A stretch of 43,625 bases of DNA from Herminiimonas sp. (lineage in GTDB: Bacteria > Pseudomonadota > Gammaproteobacteria > Burkholderiales > Burkholderiaceae_D). The DNA is taken from NCBI RefSeq assembly GCF_030645555.1, contig NZ_JAUSME010000322.1, positions 1 through 43,625 of the forward strand, in the 5' to 3' direction. Below are positions 28,862-40,160 of the stretch, in pieces (within the stretch, counting starts at the first letter, position 1; every line of letters begins with the position of its first letter). The notes beneath the pieces are model-generated. The model was not told the origin of the DNA, ran no database searches, and saw only the letters and a program-made list of their open reading frames with translations. Both the position numbers and the translations under genes were made by a program.

Positions 28862-30139
28862 TCATCGCGCGTCCAGCGGCTGCACCATGCCTTCGCGATA
28901 AATCGCCGGCTGCATGACGCGGTCGAAATGCGGCGCGCCACGACCGAAGCGGACCGCCAGTCTTCCCGTCACGCCATCCAGATTGAATTCTGTCTGCTTG
29001 AGCGCGATGTTGTGCGCGACCCGATAGGCATCGATACCCAGCGCATACAGGCGTTCGATATCAGGGCTGATGCGTTGCTCGCCACTTTTCGCAAGGTGCG
29101 GATAAGCCATCACCGCCGCATGATCGGCTTGCAACTGCCACGGCATGTCCAGCAGTTGCACGCCTTCCAGATCATTCAAACGGCTGGCGCTGGCCCAGTC
29201 AGCCAGGGCCAGCGGATTCAGTTGCGAAGTACCGACCATAGGGACTTCACCGCCGATCGCAAGGCGCAACTGTATGGCCTGTGCAGCATCGAGCGCGACA
29301 AAGATCAAGGCCGGCTTTTCTGCCTGGATGCGCTTCTTCAATTGCACCAGTGCGGCAGCGCTGATGAAGCCGCCGCTCATGCCGAGCTCCATTGTGTCGG
29401 ATGGCAGTCCGAGATGGCGCCATTCGGTGGCAAAGGCCCTGGCTGCACGCCGCTGCCATGAAGCCGCGCTTGAAATCACGAACGCCCTGGCCATCGTCTT
29501 GCGTGCACCAGCCCAGCTGGCGACCTGCCGCGCCTCATCCTCGATCGACAAACCCATCACCAGCATGTTGGCTGGCACGCCCACTGGCGCCTCATCGCCG
29601 GCATTCAATTGGGTCAGCACGAGCGTCGGTTTGCTGACGCTGCCATTTTGCACGATCGCCGAAGCGCCACTGCGTGTCAGCGGCCCGACCACGATGTCGT
29701 TACGCATCGCCGCCTCGAGGTAACCGGACAGCACGTCTTGCGCAGCATCGCCGGTTTCCACCAGATTGACGGTAATATTCTGCGGTTCATGCTGGTAGGC
29801 GGCCATGAACCCGGCGCGCACTGCATCGGCAACCTGCGCCATGGCTTCCGAACGGCGCGGCAACAGCAAGGCAATGCGCACAGGCGGCAAGCGGGTGGTC
29901 ACGACCGGCATGTCAACCGTCCCCATGATGGGGCCATCGGCAAGATCACTGCTGCCTGTACTGCGCAATACCGGATCGCTTTGGGCAAGTTGCAGCGGCT
30001 CGAGCGTCGAGCGCTGCGCCTGAATGCCGGTTACACTGGCCGCGCCGCCGACAGCGATGCTTGTATTTGCCAGGACAGGCGAGCACAATCCGCTGATGAA
30101 ACCTGCCAGCACGAACATTCTCGCTAAATTTCCCAACAT
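28862..30139 (-). CDS. lpoA: Penicillin-binding protein activator LpoA/LppC family (C-terminal domain type)
   Basis: IALLLP, VRAGFMAA, VVGPLTR, LSIEDEARQVA, RLYALGIDAY, GVTGRL. GGGAG RBS before 30139; lies between rsmI and yraN. Confidence 0.85.
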   Translation of the reverse strand: MLGNLARMFVLAGFISGLCSPVLANTSIAVGGAASVTGIQAQRSTLEPLQLAQSDPVLRSTGSSDLADGPIMGTVDMPVVTTRLPPVRIALLLPRRSEAMAQVADAVRAGFMAAYQHEPQNITVNLVETGDAAQDVLSGYLEAAMRNDIVVGPLTRSGASAIVQNGSVSKPTLVLTQLNAGDEAPVGVPANMLVMGLSIEDEARQVASWAGARKTMARAFVISSAASWQRRAARAFATEWRHLGLPSDTMELGMSGGFISAAALVQLKKRIQAEKPALIFVALDAAQAIQLRLAIGGEVPMVGTSQLNPLALADWASASRLNDLEGVQLLDMPWQLQADHAAVMAYPHLAKSGEQRISPDIERLYALGIDAYRVAHNIALKQTEFNLDGVTGRLAVRFGRGAPHFDRVMQPAIYREGMVQPLDAR

Positions 30140-30151
30140 CCGATTCTCCCA

Positions 30152-31087
30152 ATGACTGAACCAACCGACAGCACATCCACGATCCTGCCGATGATGCACG
30201 ATGTATTACAAGACATTGCGCAGCAAACCTACCCTTCGGCGACATTATATGTGGTGGCTACACCGATCGGGAACACGGGTGACATATCGTTGCGCGCTTT
30301 GCACACTTTATCGATAGTCGATGCAATCGCTTGCGAAGACACGAGAAATACCGGTCACCTTTTGAGCCGTTACGGCTTGTCAAAAAACCTGATTGCAGCC
30401 CATCAGCACAACGAGCGCGAAGTCGCCGAAAAGCTGATCACCCGTCTGCAGGCCGGCGAACGGATTGCACTGGTATCCGATGCCGGCACGCCGGCCGTGT
30501 CGGATCCCGGCGCGCGCATAGTCGATGCAGTGCGCAACGCCGGCTTGCGCGTGATCCCGCTGCCAGGCGCATCCGCCGCCGTTACGGCCTTGTCGGCCAG
30601 CGGCTTGCTCAATGATCAATTTTATTTCATCGGCTTTTTGCCGGCCAAGGCCAAGCAGCGCGAAACCTTTTTGTTCAGCCTGAAAAGCGTGGCGGCGACC
30701 ATGGTGTTTTATGAAGCGCCGCATCGCATTGCAGAGGCGGTCGATGCACTGGCCGCCGCATTCGAGCCGACGCGGCATATCGTTTTTGCACGCGAATTGA
30801 CCAAGCTGTTTGAAGAAATACATCGCTGCACGCTGGCCGAAGCCCGCGCCTGGATAGATGCCGATGCACACAGACAAAAAGGTGAGTTTGTCGTGTTGCT
30901 GGAAGGCGCGCCGACTGCCGGCGATCAAGACCAGATCGAGGCTGAACGCATCCTGACTATCCTGCTGCAGGAATGTTCAGTGAAACAGGCCGCCACCCTC
31001 GCCGCACACATCACCGGCCAGAAAAAGAACTCCCTGTACGACCGTGCCTTGCAGATGAAAGCCGGCAGCGATCGTGAACAGGATTAA
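30152..31087 (+). CDS. rsmI: 16S rRNA C1402 2'-O-methyltransferase
   Basis: LYVVATPIGN, ACEDTR, VSDAGTPAVSDPG, FYEAPHR, RELTKLFEE, KGEFV. Exact start uncertain. Confidence 0.96.
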   Translation: MTEPTDSTSTILPMMHDVLQDIAQQTYPSATLYVVATPIGNTGDISLRALHTLSIVDAIACEDTRNTGHLLSRYGLSKNLIAAHQHNEREVAEKLITRLQAGERIALVSDAGTPAVSDPGARIVDAVRNAGLRVIPLPGASAAVTALSASGLLNDQFYFIGFLPAKAKQRETFLFSLKSVAATMVFYEAPHRIAEAVDALAAAFEPTRHIVFARELTKLFEEIHRCTLAEARAWIDADAHRQKGEFVVLLEGAPTAGDQDQIEAERILTILLQECSVKQAATLAAHITGQKKNSLYDRALQMKAGSDREQD

Positions 31088-32112
31088 CGCTGCACGATAA
31101 ACGGTTTTGCGCCGCCCGCACCCTGTAGCTGCGCGGCGGCAGCAGCCGCATCATCCCGGCTGGCAAACGGGCCGCTATACAAACGATACAGATTGTTTGA
31201 CGGTTCGACCTTCAGTTGCGGCAGCACATGGCCGGCATCCTGCGCCAGCCTTGCACGTACCACTTCCGCATTGCCTGCTTGCGTATACGCACCGAATTGC
31301 AGATAAAAGCCGCTGGCCGGGAGCGCGGATGCAGCAGATGCATTTGCCTCGGCGCCATACGCCAGCGGCTGCATCGTCGCCGGTGCCAGCGTAGTCGCCT
31401 CTATGGCTGGCGCCAACACGGGTGCCGCTTCGACCGCCGCCAACGTGCTCGAACTACTGCCCTTGCGCGCAAGTATCTCTTCTATATCTGCCGGCAACAG
31501 GCGCTCGACTTCCAGCTCGGCACTGCCGTGTCCGATATACCCCAGCTTCAGTGCCGCGGTATACGACAGGTCCATCACACGACTCGAATGAAAAGGGCCG
31601 CGATCATTGACCCGCACGATCACCTGCCTGCCATTGCTCAAATTGGTAACGCGTGCATACGATGGGATGGGCAGCGTCGGATGCGCGGCCGACATCTGGT
31701 ACATGTCATACAGCTCGCCGGATGAAGTTTTCTGGCCGTGAAACTTCTTGCCGTACCAGCTGCCATAACCGCGCTGCTTGAATGGCCGCACATCGGTGAT
31801 AGGCACATATTTTTTCCCGAACACCACGTAGGGCTTGTTGCCACGCGCTGAATAAGGCTCTATCCGCGGCACCGCATCCGGCATGTCCAGCAAGCCGTCC
31901 GGCGTGACATCGCCCGGACCGTCATCCTTGTAATAAGCGCCGCGCCCCGAACCGGCCGGCGGCAGGACTGGATGCGCAGAGGTTTTCGCCTTGCCGGTTG
32001 CCTGCGCCTTGCTGCCCGGCGCAGTGTCCAGTGGCACGCTGCTGCAACCGGCCAGTGCAAGGACGGACAGCAGCGCGAAAATGCGTAATCTATCGTATGG
32101 GCCTAATTGCAT
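31084..32112 (-). CDS. rlpA: Septal ring lytic transglycosylase RlpA with SPOR domain
   Basis: Lipobox LAGC, SWYGKKFHG, AAHPTLPIPS, VRVNDRGPF, DLSYTAA; SPOR region YLQFGAY...YRLYSGPF. Confidence 0.94.
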   Translation of the reverse strand: MQLGPYDRLRIFALLSVLALAGCSSVPLDTAPGSKAQATGKAKTSAHPVLPPAGSGRGAYYKDDGPGDVTPDGLLDMPDAVPRIEPYSARGNKPYVVFGKKYVPITDVRPFKQRGYGSWYGKKFHGQKTSSGELYDMYQMSAAHPTLPIPSYARVTNLSNGRQVIVRVNDRGPFHSSRVMDLSYTAALKLGYIGHGSAELEVERLLPADIEEILARKGSSSSTLAAVEAAPVLAPAIEATTLAPATMQPLAYGAEANASAASALPASGFYLQFGAYTQAGNAEVVRARLAQDAGHVLPQLKVEPSNNLYRLYSGPFASRDDAAAAAAQLQGAGGAKPFIVQR

Positions 32113-32173
32113 GGTTTGCTCCTGATGTTGATTGCGTCCGGCCAGTGGCATCGCTATCGATGAACCATAGGCA

Positions 32174-33280
32174 TCAGCTTTGCATCAATTTTCTGTGGCG
32201 TTGTATGCTCATCAAAATACCGACCCCCAAGCCAAGCGTGACGAATGCGGTGCCACCGTAACTGACGAAGGGCAAGGGCACGCCGACGACCGGCAGTATG
32301 CCGCTCACCATGCCCATGTTCACAAATGCATAGGTAAAGAAAATCAGCGTGATTGCGCCTGCCAGCAAGCGGCTGAACAAGGTCGGTGCATTGGCTGCGA
32401 TGATCATGCTGCGTCCGATCAAGAACAGATACAGCGTCAGCAGGATGCAGTTGCCGATCAAGCCGAATTCTTCCGAAAACACTGCAAAAATGAAATCGGT
32501 GGTGCGCTCGGGGATAAATTCCAGATGTGCCTGGGTACCGTTCAACCAGCCTTTGCCGGTGATGCCGCCCGAACCAATTGCAATCGTCGACTGGATGATA
32601 TGAAAGCCCTTGCCCAGTGGATCGGTGGTCGGATCGATCAGGGTCAGCACCCGGCCTCTTTGATAGTCATGCAGCATCGACCACACTACCGGCAGGCTGG
32701 CCAGCACGGCAACCGCAGCAGCCAGCATCACTTTCCACGACAAACCGGCGAGAAAAATCACGTAAAAACCGGCCGCCAGAACCAGTAGCGAGGTCCCCAG
32801 ATCCGGCTGGCGCATGATCAATCCGACCGGCACGATCAACAGCAGGCCGGCGACCAGAAATTCGCGCCAGCGCGTCATGCCTTCGCGCTTCTGGAAAAAC
32901 CATGCCAGCATCATCGGCATCGCAATTTTCATGATTTCTGATGGCTGGATGATGATGCCGAGATCAACCCAGCGCCGCGCGCCGTTTTTGATCAAACCGA
33001 ATTGCGCCACTGCCAGCAGCAGCACGATCCCGGTCAGGTACAGGGGCACGGCAAAGCGCATCAGGGTTTGCGGAGGCACCACTGCGGCTATCCACATCAC
33101 GATGAAGGCAATCATGATGTTGCGCACGTGATCTTCAACGCGACCGGGGAAATCAATGCCAGCCGAATACAGCGTCAGGGTACCGAGAGCCAGAATCAGG
33201 GCGACTATCAGCACCAGGGGGCCGTCAAATACCTCGGTATACGGCCGGATGACTTGCAGCAGCGAGCGCTTGTTATTCAT
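32174..33280 (-). CDS. rodA: Rod shape-determining SEDS protein RodA
   Basis: GARRW, QPSEIMK, QPDLGT, IAIGSGG, PERTTDFIF, GVPLPFVSYGG. Confidence 0.97.
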   Translation of the reverse strand: MNNKRSLLQVIRPYTEVFDGPLVLIVALILALGTLTLYSAGIDFPGRVEDHVRNIMIAFIVMWIAAVVPPQTLMRFAVPLYLTGIVLLLAVAQFGLIKNGARRWVDLGIIIQPSEIMKIAMPMMLAWFFQKREGMTRWREFLVAGLLLIVPVGLIMRQPDLGTSLLVLAAGFYVIFLAGLSWKVMLAAAVAVLASLPVVWSMLHDYQRGRVLTLIDPTTDPLGKGFHIIQSTIAIGSGGITGKGWLNGTQAHLEFIPERTTDFIFAVFSEEFGLIGNCILLTLYLFLIGRSMIIAANAPTLFSRLLAGAITLIFFTYAFVNMGMVSGILPVVGVPLPFVSYGGTAFVTLGLGVGILMSIQRHRKLMQS

Positions 33281-33297
33281 CTGCGCACCCTATCGGT

Positions 33298-35205
33298 TCA
33301 ATGCCCGTGTTCATCTATAGGCTCCAGTATGGGTTTGGCGGGCGCCTTGATATCAGGCCGCTTGCCCAGCAGATAAAAATCCATCGCCTGCTTGGCGATC
33401 GGTGCCGCAGACGCGGCGCCAAAGCCGCCGTTTTCGACGATCAGTGCCAGCGCAATGCGTGGCTTGTCGGCTGGTGCAAACGCAGTGTACAAGGCATGGT
33501 CGTGATGGCGATCCGATATCTTGCTGGCATCGTATTTTTCATTTTTCTTGATCGCAATCACCTGCGCCGTCCCCGTTTTTCCGGCCGACACGTAACCGGC
33601 ATTGGCGAAGATGCGTGCCGACGTACCCTCCTTCGCCACGCCAACCCACGCGTTCTTGATGATATCGATATATTCCTGCTTCAATGGAATCCGGTAACTT
33701 TCCTTCGGCACGGTGAGCGTGCGCTGGCGCGTGGCGCCATTTTCTATCACCTTCACCAGATGCGGCTTCATCACCACACCGTTATTGGCGAGGATAGAGG
33801 TGGCTTGCGCCAGCTGCAATGGTGTAAACGAGTTGTAGCCCTGGCCGATGCCGATCGAAATGGTTTCGCCTGCATACCATTTCTTTTGTTCCGGTTTTCT
33901 GTAGGCAGCGGCCTTCCATGCGGTGGACGGCAACACGCCGGTGCGCTCAAACCTGAGATCGATACCGGTTTTCTGGCCAAAGCCGAAAGGCTTCATGAAG
34001 TCATGTATCGCATCGACACCGAGGTCGTTGGCCAGCAAGTAGTAATAAGTATCGCAGGATTGCACTATCGATTTATACATATCGACCATGCCATGCCCGC
34101 CCTCTTTATCATCACGGAAGCGGTGATTGCCGAAAATAAAAAACCCCGGATCGGATATCGCATCAGTCGCCCTGCGCTTGCCCAGCTCCAGCGCTGCCAA
34201 TGCCATGAACGGCTTGTAAGTCGAGCCCGGCGGATATGAGCCCGACAACGGCCGGTTCAACAAGGGAAAATCCGGCGAATTATTCAGCGCATCCCAATTC
34301 TGCTGGTCTATGCCTTCGACGAACAGATTCGGATCGAAGGTAGGCATGGAAACATAGGCCAGGATATCGCCGGTTGACGGCTCGATTGCAATCAGGGCCC
34401 CGCGCCTGTCGCCAAATGCCTGTTCGACGACTTTCTGCAATTCGATATCGATAGACAATATCAGGTTGTCGCCCGGTGTCGCGGCCGTGCGCGACAGGGT
34501 GCGGATAGGACGGCCACCGGCCGAGACTTCCACTTCTTCATAGCCGGTCTTGCCGTGCAGTTGCTCTTCGTAGTTTTTCTCGAGGCCTTCCTTGCCGATG
34601 TGCTCGGTGCCGCGGTAATTGGTCGCATCGTCGCTGCCGTCAATTTCCTTTGCATCGCGCTGATTGATGCGGCCGATATAGCCGATCACATGCGAGGCGA
34701 CCGCGCCGAGCGGGTACTGGCGGAACAGCCGCGCCTGTATCTCAACGCCGGGAAAACGATAGCGCTGCGCAGAAAACCGGGCAACCTCTTCATCGCTCAG
34801 GCGCACACGTATGGGCGAACTGGCCAGATTGCGCGATTCTTCCTGCAGCTTCTTGAAGCGTTTGCGATCCCTGGGCTGGATATCCACCAGCGTGGCCAGT
34901 TCATCGATCAGCGTTTCCAGGTCGCCATTGATTTTGGATGGCGTGATCTCCAGCGTGTAGGCAGAGTAATTGCGCGCCAGCACAACGCCATTGCGATCCA
35001 GTATCAGGCCGCGATTCGGCACCACCGGGACGATCGAAATCCGGTTATCTTCAGCCTGCGCGACATAATCGTTGTGCTTGTATACCTGCAGCCAGATAAA
35101 CCGCGCCAGCAAACACGCGAACAGGATGAACACCACCCCGCCCGCCACCGACAGGCGCAGGCGAAAGAGGTGTAATTCGCGTTCGGTATTTTTTAATTCA
35201 GTCAT
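33298..35205 (-). CDS. mrdA: Penicillin-binding protein 2
   Basis: RGLILDRNG, SxxK motif PGSTYK, SCDTYYY, KTGTAQ. Confidence 0.97.
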   Translation of the reverse strand: MTELKNTERELHLFRLRLSVAGGVVFILFACLLARFIWLQVYKHNDYVAQAEDNRISIVPVVPNRGLILDRNGVVLARNYSAYTLEITPSKINGDLETLIDELATLVDIQPRDRKRFKKLQEESRNLASSPIRVRLSDEEVARFSAQRYRFPGVEIQARLFRQYPLGAVASHVIGYIGRINQRDAKEIDGSDDATNYRGTEHIGKEGLEKNYEEQLHGKTGYEEVEVSAGGRPIRTLSRTAATPGDNLILSIDIELQKVVEQAFGDRRGALIAIEPSTGDILAYVSMPTFDPNLFVEGIDQQNWDALNNSPDFPLLNRPLSGSYPPGSTYKPFMALAALELGKRRATDAISDPGFFIFGNHRFRDDKEGGHGMVDMYKSIVQSCDTYYYLLANDLGVDAIHDFMKPFGFGQKTGIDLRFERTGVLPSTAWKAAAYRKPEQKKWYAGETISIGIGQGYNSFTPLQLAQATSILANNGVVMKPHLVKVIENGATRQRTLTVPKESYRIPLKQEYIDIIKNAWVGVAKEGTSARIFANAGYVSAGKTGTAQVIAIKKNEKYDASKISDRHHDHALYTAFAPADKPRIALALIVENGGFGAASAAPIAKQAMDFYLLGKRPDIKAPAKPILEPIDEHGH

Positions 35206-35319
35206 TCGTTTTCAAATACCGGCCAGCCATCGGATTCCGGGCCCATCCAGAAAAGACCAGCCGGCATTCCATGTGAAAATTCTGCCACTGCCTGCATGGC
35301 GAACGGATACCCCGTCCGA

Positions 35320-35835
35320 TCAAATCGGGCGCGTATCATCGCGATTGATCGCCCGGCGTTGCGGCGCAAGCAATATCCACGTCACCAGCGGCCATAGCAA
35401 GGCAGCCACTGCGCTCTCCGTGAAATACAGCCAGCCGGGAAATCTGCCGCCCACCATCACCCTGACGATGAGTTCCACCACCTGCGCCACCAGCAGCAGC
35501 ATGAACACATGCAAGGCTTGCGTGCCGGCCGGGAACCACAATACGCGGCGATGGATCATGATGGCAAAGTAGGACAGCAAGGTATAAGCCAGCGCATTTT
35601 CACCAAGCACCGCAGCATCGTGCACATCCATCAGCAAACCCATGAAGAATGCAACGCCGATGCCAACCTTGCGCGGCTGATGCATGCTCCAGAACACCAG
35701 TATCAGCGCCACAAAATCGGGAATGCCTATCCACTGTCCCCACGGCAGCAGGTTCAGCAGGAATGCCGCGATCAAACTGACCGCGATAAAGAGCGGGCTG
35801 GCCGGCAACAGGATGTAATGTGGCTGATGATTCAT
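35320..35835 (-). CDS. mreD: Rod shape-determining protein MreD
   Basis: Hydrophobic 171 aa with PDFVALILVFW, GLLMDV and LGENAL; lies between mreC and mrdA. Confidence 0.94.
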   Translation of the reverse strand: MNHQPHYILLPASPLFIAVSLIAAFLLNLLPWGQWIGIPDFVALILVFWSMHQPRKVGIGVAFFMGLLMDVHDAAVLGENALAYTLLSYFAIMIHRRVLWFPAGTQALHVFMLLLVAQVVELIVRVMVGGRFPGWLYFTESAVAALLWPLVTWILLAPQRRAINRDDTRPI

Positions 35836-36824
35836 CGCGAAGACGCTGCAGGCTGTGAAGCTGGTGGTTGAGCAGGCGGCACATCCATGCCTTTGCCGGA
35901 CGTGCCGTTGGTTCTGCTGGCTGCGTGCCGCAGGATGCCGGACATTTTCGTGTTCTTTTCTTTCGCATCGTCGACCGGGCGAGGCGCCAGCTTGGCTTCC
36001 GACAGCAAGATCAATAGCTGGCGATTGCGATCGATACCGGCAGATGGATGACAGACGATACGCGCAAACGAATCAAGCGATTTGCTTTCCACCTGCGACA
36101 CCGTGGCCACTGCCAGGCCGGCCGGATAAATGCCGTCTATACCGGACGTCACCAGCACATCGCCTTTTTGTATATCGGCATTAGTCGGCATGAAACGCAG
36201 ATCCAGCTCATTGGACTGTCCGCGACCATAAGCCACACTGCGCAAACCGTTACGCACAACCTGCACCGGTATCGCCTGATTCTTGTCAGTCAACAAGGTC
36301 ACTTCAGAGGTAAAGGGGAAAACCCGCGTAACCTGGCCGACCACGCCGACATGGTCAATCACCGGCTGCCCGAGCGCGACGCCATGCTGGGTGCCGCGAT
36401 CGAGCACTATCTTGCGTGTAAATGCATCGCGCGTATCGTACAGAATCTCGCCCAGCACGGATTTCACCGGTAGGCGTTCGCTGGTGCCCAGCAAATGGCG
36501 CAGCTGTGCGTTTTCAGCCAGCAATTGCTGCCCCTGCTGCAAGGTGCGCGCATTGACAGTTTGCTGCACCTTGAGTTTTTCGTTTTCAGTCTGGAGATCG
36601 GCCAGGGAAGCAAAATAATCGCCGACGTAATACACGGCATCGCGCGGCGCGAGCGCAACCACCTGCAGCGGGTAGAGTGCGGTTGAAACAACCTGGCGTA
36701 CAACGGCCAGGGTACGCACGTGCGAATCAACTGCCAGCAGCGCCAGGGCAATCAGGGAGAAGAACACCATCTTTGCACGTGCTGAAGCACCTTGCTTGAA
36801 GAGTGGCGGCGGGCTGTATTCCAT
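35832..36824 (-). CDS. mreC: Rod shape-determining protein MreC
   Basis: TM plus coiled coil (ENAQLRHLL), LDRG, GVVGQV, GDVLVTSGIDGIYPAGL. Confidence 0.95.
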   Translation of the reverse strand: MEYSPPPLFKQGASARAKMVFFSLIALALLAVDSHVRTLAVVRQVVSTALYPLQVVALAPRDAVYYVGDYFASLADLQTENEKLKVQQTVNARTLQQGQQLLAENAQLRHLLGTSERLPVKSVLGEILYDTRDAFTRKIVLDRGTQHGVALGQPVIDHVGVVGQVTRVFPFTSEVTLLTDKNQAIPVQVVRNGLRSVAYGRGQSNELDLRFMPTNADIQKGDVLVTSGIDGIYPAGLAVATVSQVESKSLDSFARIVCHPSAGIDRNRQLLILLSEAKLAPRPVDDAKEKNTKMSGILRHAASRTNGTSGKGMDVPPAQPPASQPAASSR

Positions 36825-36977
36825 TTATTGCTTGCGGGCGCAGCAGGCCGGAAGTGCCGAAACAAAGCTGGCTGCCGGGACATGAAGTCCGGCAGCCGCA
36901 GCCTGCGTTTCAAAGGTAGGTGCTTTCATGACATTGCGCATGTCAGCCAGTCAGATGGTGAGACGGTTGCAGGTCGA

Positions 36978-38051
<1,074 letters not shown>

Positions 38052-38286
38052 TTAATTAAGTAAATGAGTAAATATAAAAAGGATTTATTACCGGTGGCGG
38101 CTCAATATCAGCGCCAGCAAGGCATTAACCCGATATTCTACCTTATAATTTACCTTAAATTAGTCGGCAAAAACGCCAAAAATGTAAGCTTGATGTTCCA
38201 TTTTGCACAAGCTTTGCAGGCACAAGAAGACTTTTGCGCTTCCTGATCCTTTTAACATTGAACAGCGGCCAGACCGCGATCCAACC

Positions 38287-38589
38287 ATGTCCCTCGAACT
38301 TTCCGATGTCAAACGCCTCTCCATGCTCGCGCAAATCGAACTCACCGATGCGCAATCTGCACAAACGCTGGACAAGCTGAATGGCATTTTTGCACTGGTT
38401 GAACAATTGAGTGCCGTCGATACCACCGGCGTAGAACCGCTGAGCCATCCGATCGCAGCCTTGCTGCCGGACCTGTCGCTGCGCTTGCGCGACGACATAG
38501 TGAGCGAGCCGAACCGGCGCGACGAATATCAAAAAGTCGCCCCGGCATGCCAGGACGGCCTGTATCTGGTGCCTAAAGTCATCGAATAA
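38287..38589 (+). CDS. gatC: Asp/Glu-tRNA amidotransferase subunit C
   Basis: Starts [17 protein letters not shown]; [24 protein letters not shown]. Confidence 0.94.
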   Translation: MSLELSDVKRLSMLAQIELTDAQSAQTLDKLNGIFALVEQLSAVDTTGVEPLSHPIAALLPDLSLRLRDDIVSEPNRRDEYQKVAPACQDGLYLVPKVIE

Positions 38590-38652
38590 TCCGCATACCC
38601 ATGCGCAACCGGAGCGCCAGCACGCTCCGCAACCGAACACCCGATATCGAAT

Positions 38653-40110
38653 ATGCATACCAAAACCATCAAAGAATTATCCGTCCTGCTGCACGCGAAA
38701 AAGATTTCCGCGACCGAACTGGCGCAGCTGTTTTTGCAGCGCATCAAGAGCAGCGACCTCAATGCCTTCCTGCATGTGGATGATGCGCTGACGCTGCAGC
38801 AGGCCGCGGCGGCAGATCAACGCCTTGCCAGCGGCGACGCCACTGTGTTGACCGGCATCCCGATCGCGCACAAGGATATTTTCGTCACGCGCGGCTGGCG
38901 CTCGACCGCCGGCTCGAAGATGCTCGAAAACTACACCAGCCCCTTCGATGCAACCGTGGTCGAAAACTTCAACCAAGCCGGCATGGTGACGCTGGGTAAA
39001 TTGAATTGCGATGAATTTGCGATGGGCTCGTCGAATGAAAACTCCTACTTCGGCGCAGTCAAAAATCCGTGGGACAAGACGGCAATCCCGGGCGGTTCTT
39101 CGGGTGGCTCTGCTGCCGCCATTGCGGCGCGCCTGGCACCGGCATCGACCGCCACCGACACTGGCGGCTCGATACGCCAGCCGGCATCCTTGTGTGGCGT
39201 GACCGGCATCAAGCCGACTTACGGCCGCGTGTCGCGCTTCGGCATGATCGCGTTTGCCTCGTCGCTGGACCAGGGCGGACCGATAGCCAAATCGGCTGAA
39301 GATTGCGGCTTGCTGCTCAATGCAATGGCAGGCTTCGATGAACGCGATTCGACCAGCATAGAGCGCGACAAGGAAGACTTCACGCGCGACTTGAACCTGA
39401 GTTTGCAAGGCTTGAAGATAGGCATCCCGCGCGAATATTTCGGCGCCGGCCTGTCCGCCGATGTCGAACAAGCGGTGCGTGCCGCGCTGGCCGAATATGA
39501 AAAACTCGGCGCCACGCTGGTCGATATTTCATTGCCGAAAACCGAGCTGTCGATTCCAACTTATTACGTAATCGCACCGGCCGAAGCCTCATCGAACCTC
39601 AGCCGCTTCGACGGCGTGCGCTACGGCTTCCGCGCCAAGGACTACACAGACTTGTCCGACATGTATTGCAAGACGCGCGCGCAAGGTTTTGGCGATGAAG
39701 TCAAACGCCGGATACTGGTCGGCGCCTATGTGCTGTCGCATGGTTATTACGACGCTTACTACTTGCAAGCGCAAAAAATACGCCGCCTGATCGCGCAGGA
39801 TTTCCAGCAAGCATTCACGCAATGCGACGTCATCATGGGCCCGGTTGCTCCGACCGTCGCATGGAATCTGGGCGACAAGGCTGATGACCCGATTGCGAAT
39901 TACCTGGCCGATATTTTCACGCTGTCGACCAGCCTGGCAGGTTTGCCCGGCATGTCGATTCCCTGCGGCTTCGGCCAGGGCGAAAAGAATGCAAAGCGCC
40001 CGGTCGGCTTGCAAATCATAGGCAACTACTTCGCCGAAGCAAAATTGCTGAACGTCGCGCATCAATATCAGCAAGCGACTGACTGGCATCTGCGCCAGCC
40101 GGCAGAATAA
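38653..40110 (+). CDS. gatA: Asp/Glu-tRNA amidotransferase subunit A
   Basis: Amidase signature [46 protein letters not shown]. Confidence 0.98.
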   Translation: MHTKTIKELSVLLHAKKISATELAQLFLQRIKSSDLNAFLHVDDALTLQQAAAADQRLASGDATVLTGIPIAHKDIFVTRGWRSTAGSKMLENYTSPFDATVVENFNQAGMVTLGKLNCDEFAMGSSNENSYFGAVKNPWDKTAIPGGSSGGSAAAIAARLAPASTATDTGGSIRQPASLCGVTGIKPTYGRVSRFGMIAFASSLDQGGPIAKSAEDCGLLLNAMAGFDERDSTSIERDKEDFTRDLNLSLQGLKIGIPREYFGAGLSADVEQAVRAALAEYEKLGATLVDISLPKTELSIPTYYVIAPAEASSNLSRFDGVRYGFRAKDYTDLSDMYCKTRAQGFGDEVKRRILVGAYVLSHGYYDAYYLQAQKIRRLIAQDFQQAFTQCDVIMGPVAPTVAWNLGDKADDPIANYLADIFTLSTSLAGLPGMSIPCGFGQGEKNAKRPVGLQIIGNYFAEAKLLNVAHQYQQATDWHLRQPAE

Positions 40111-40160
40111 AGACGCAGCCCGCACAATTCAATACGCTAACTAGCGAGTAAGGAAACATC

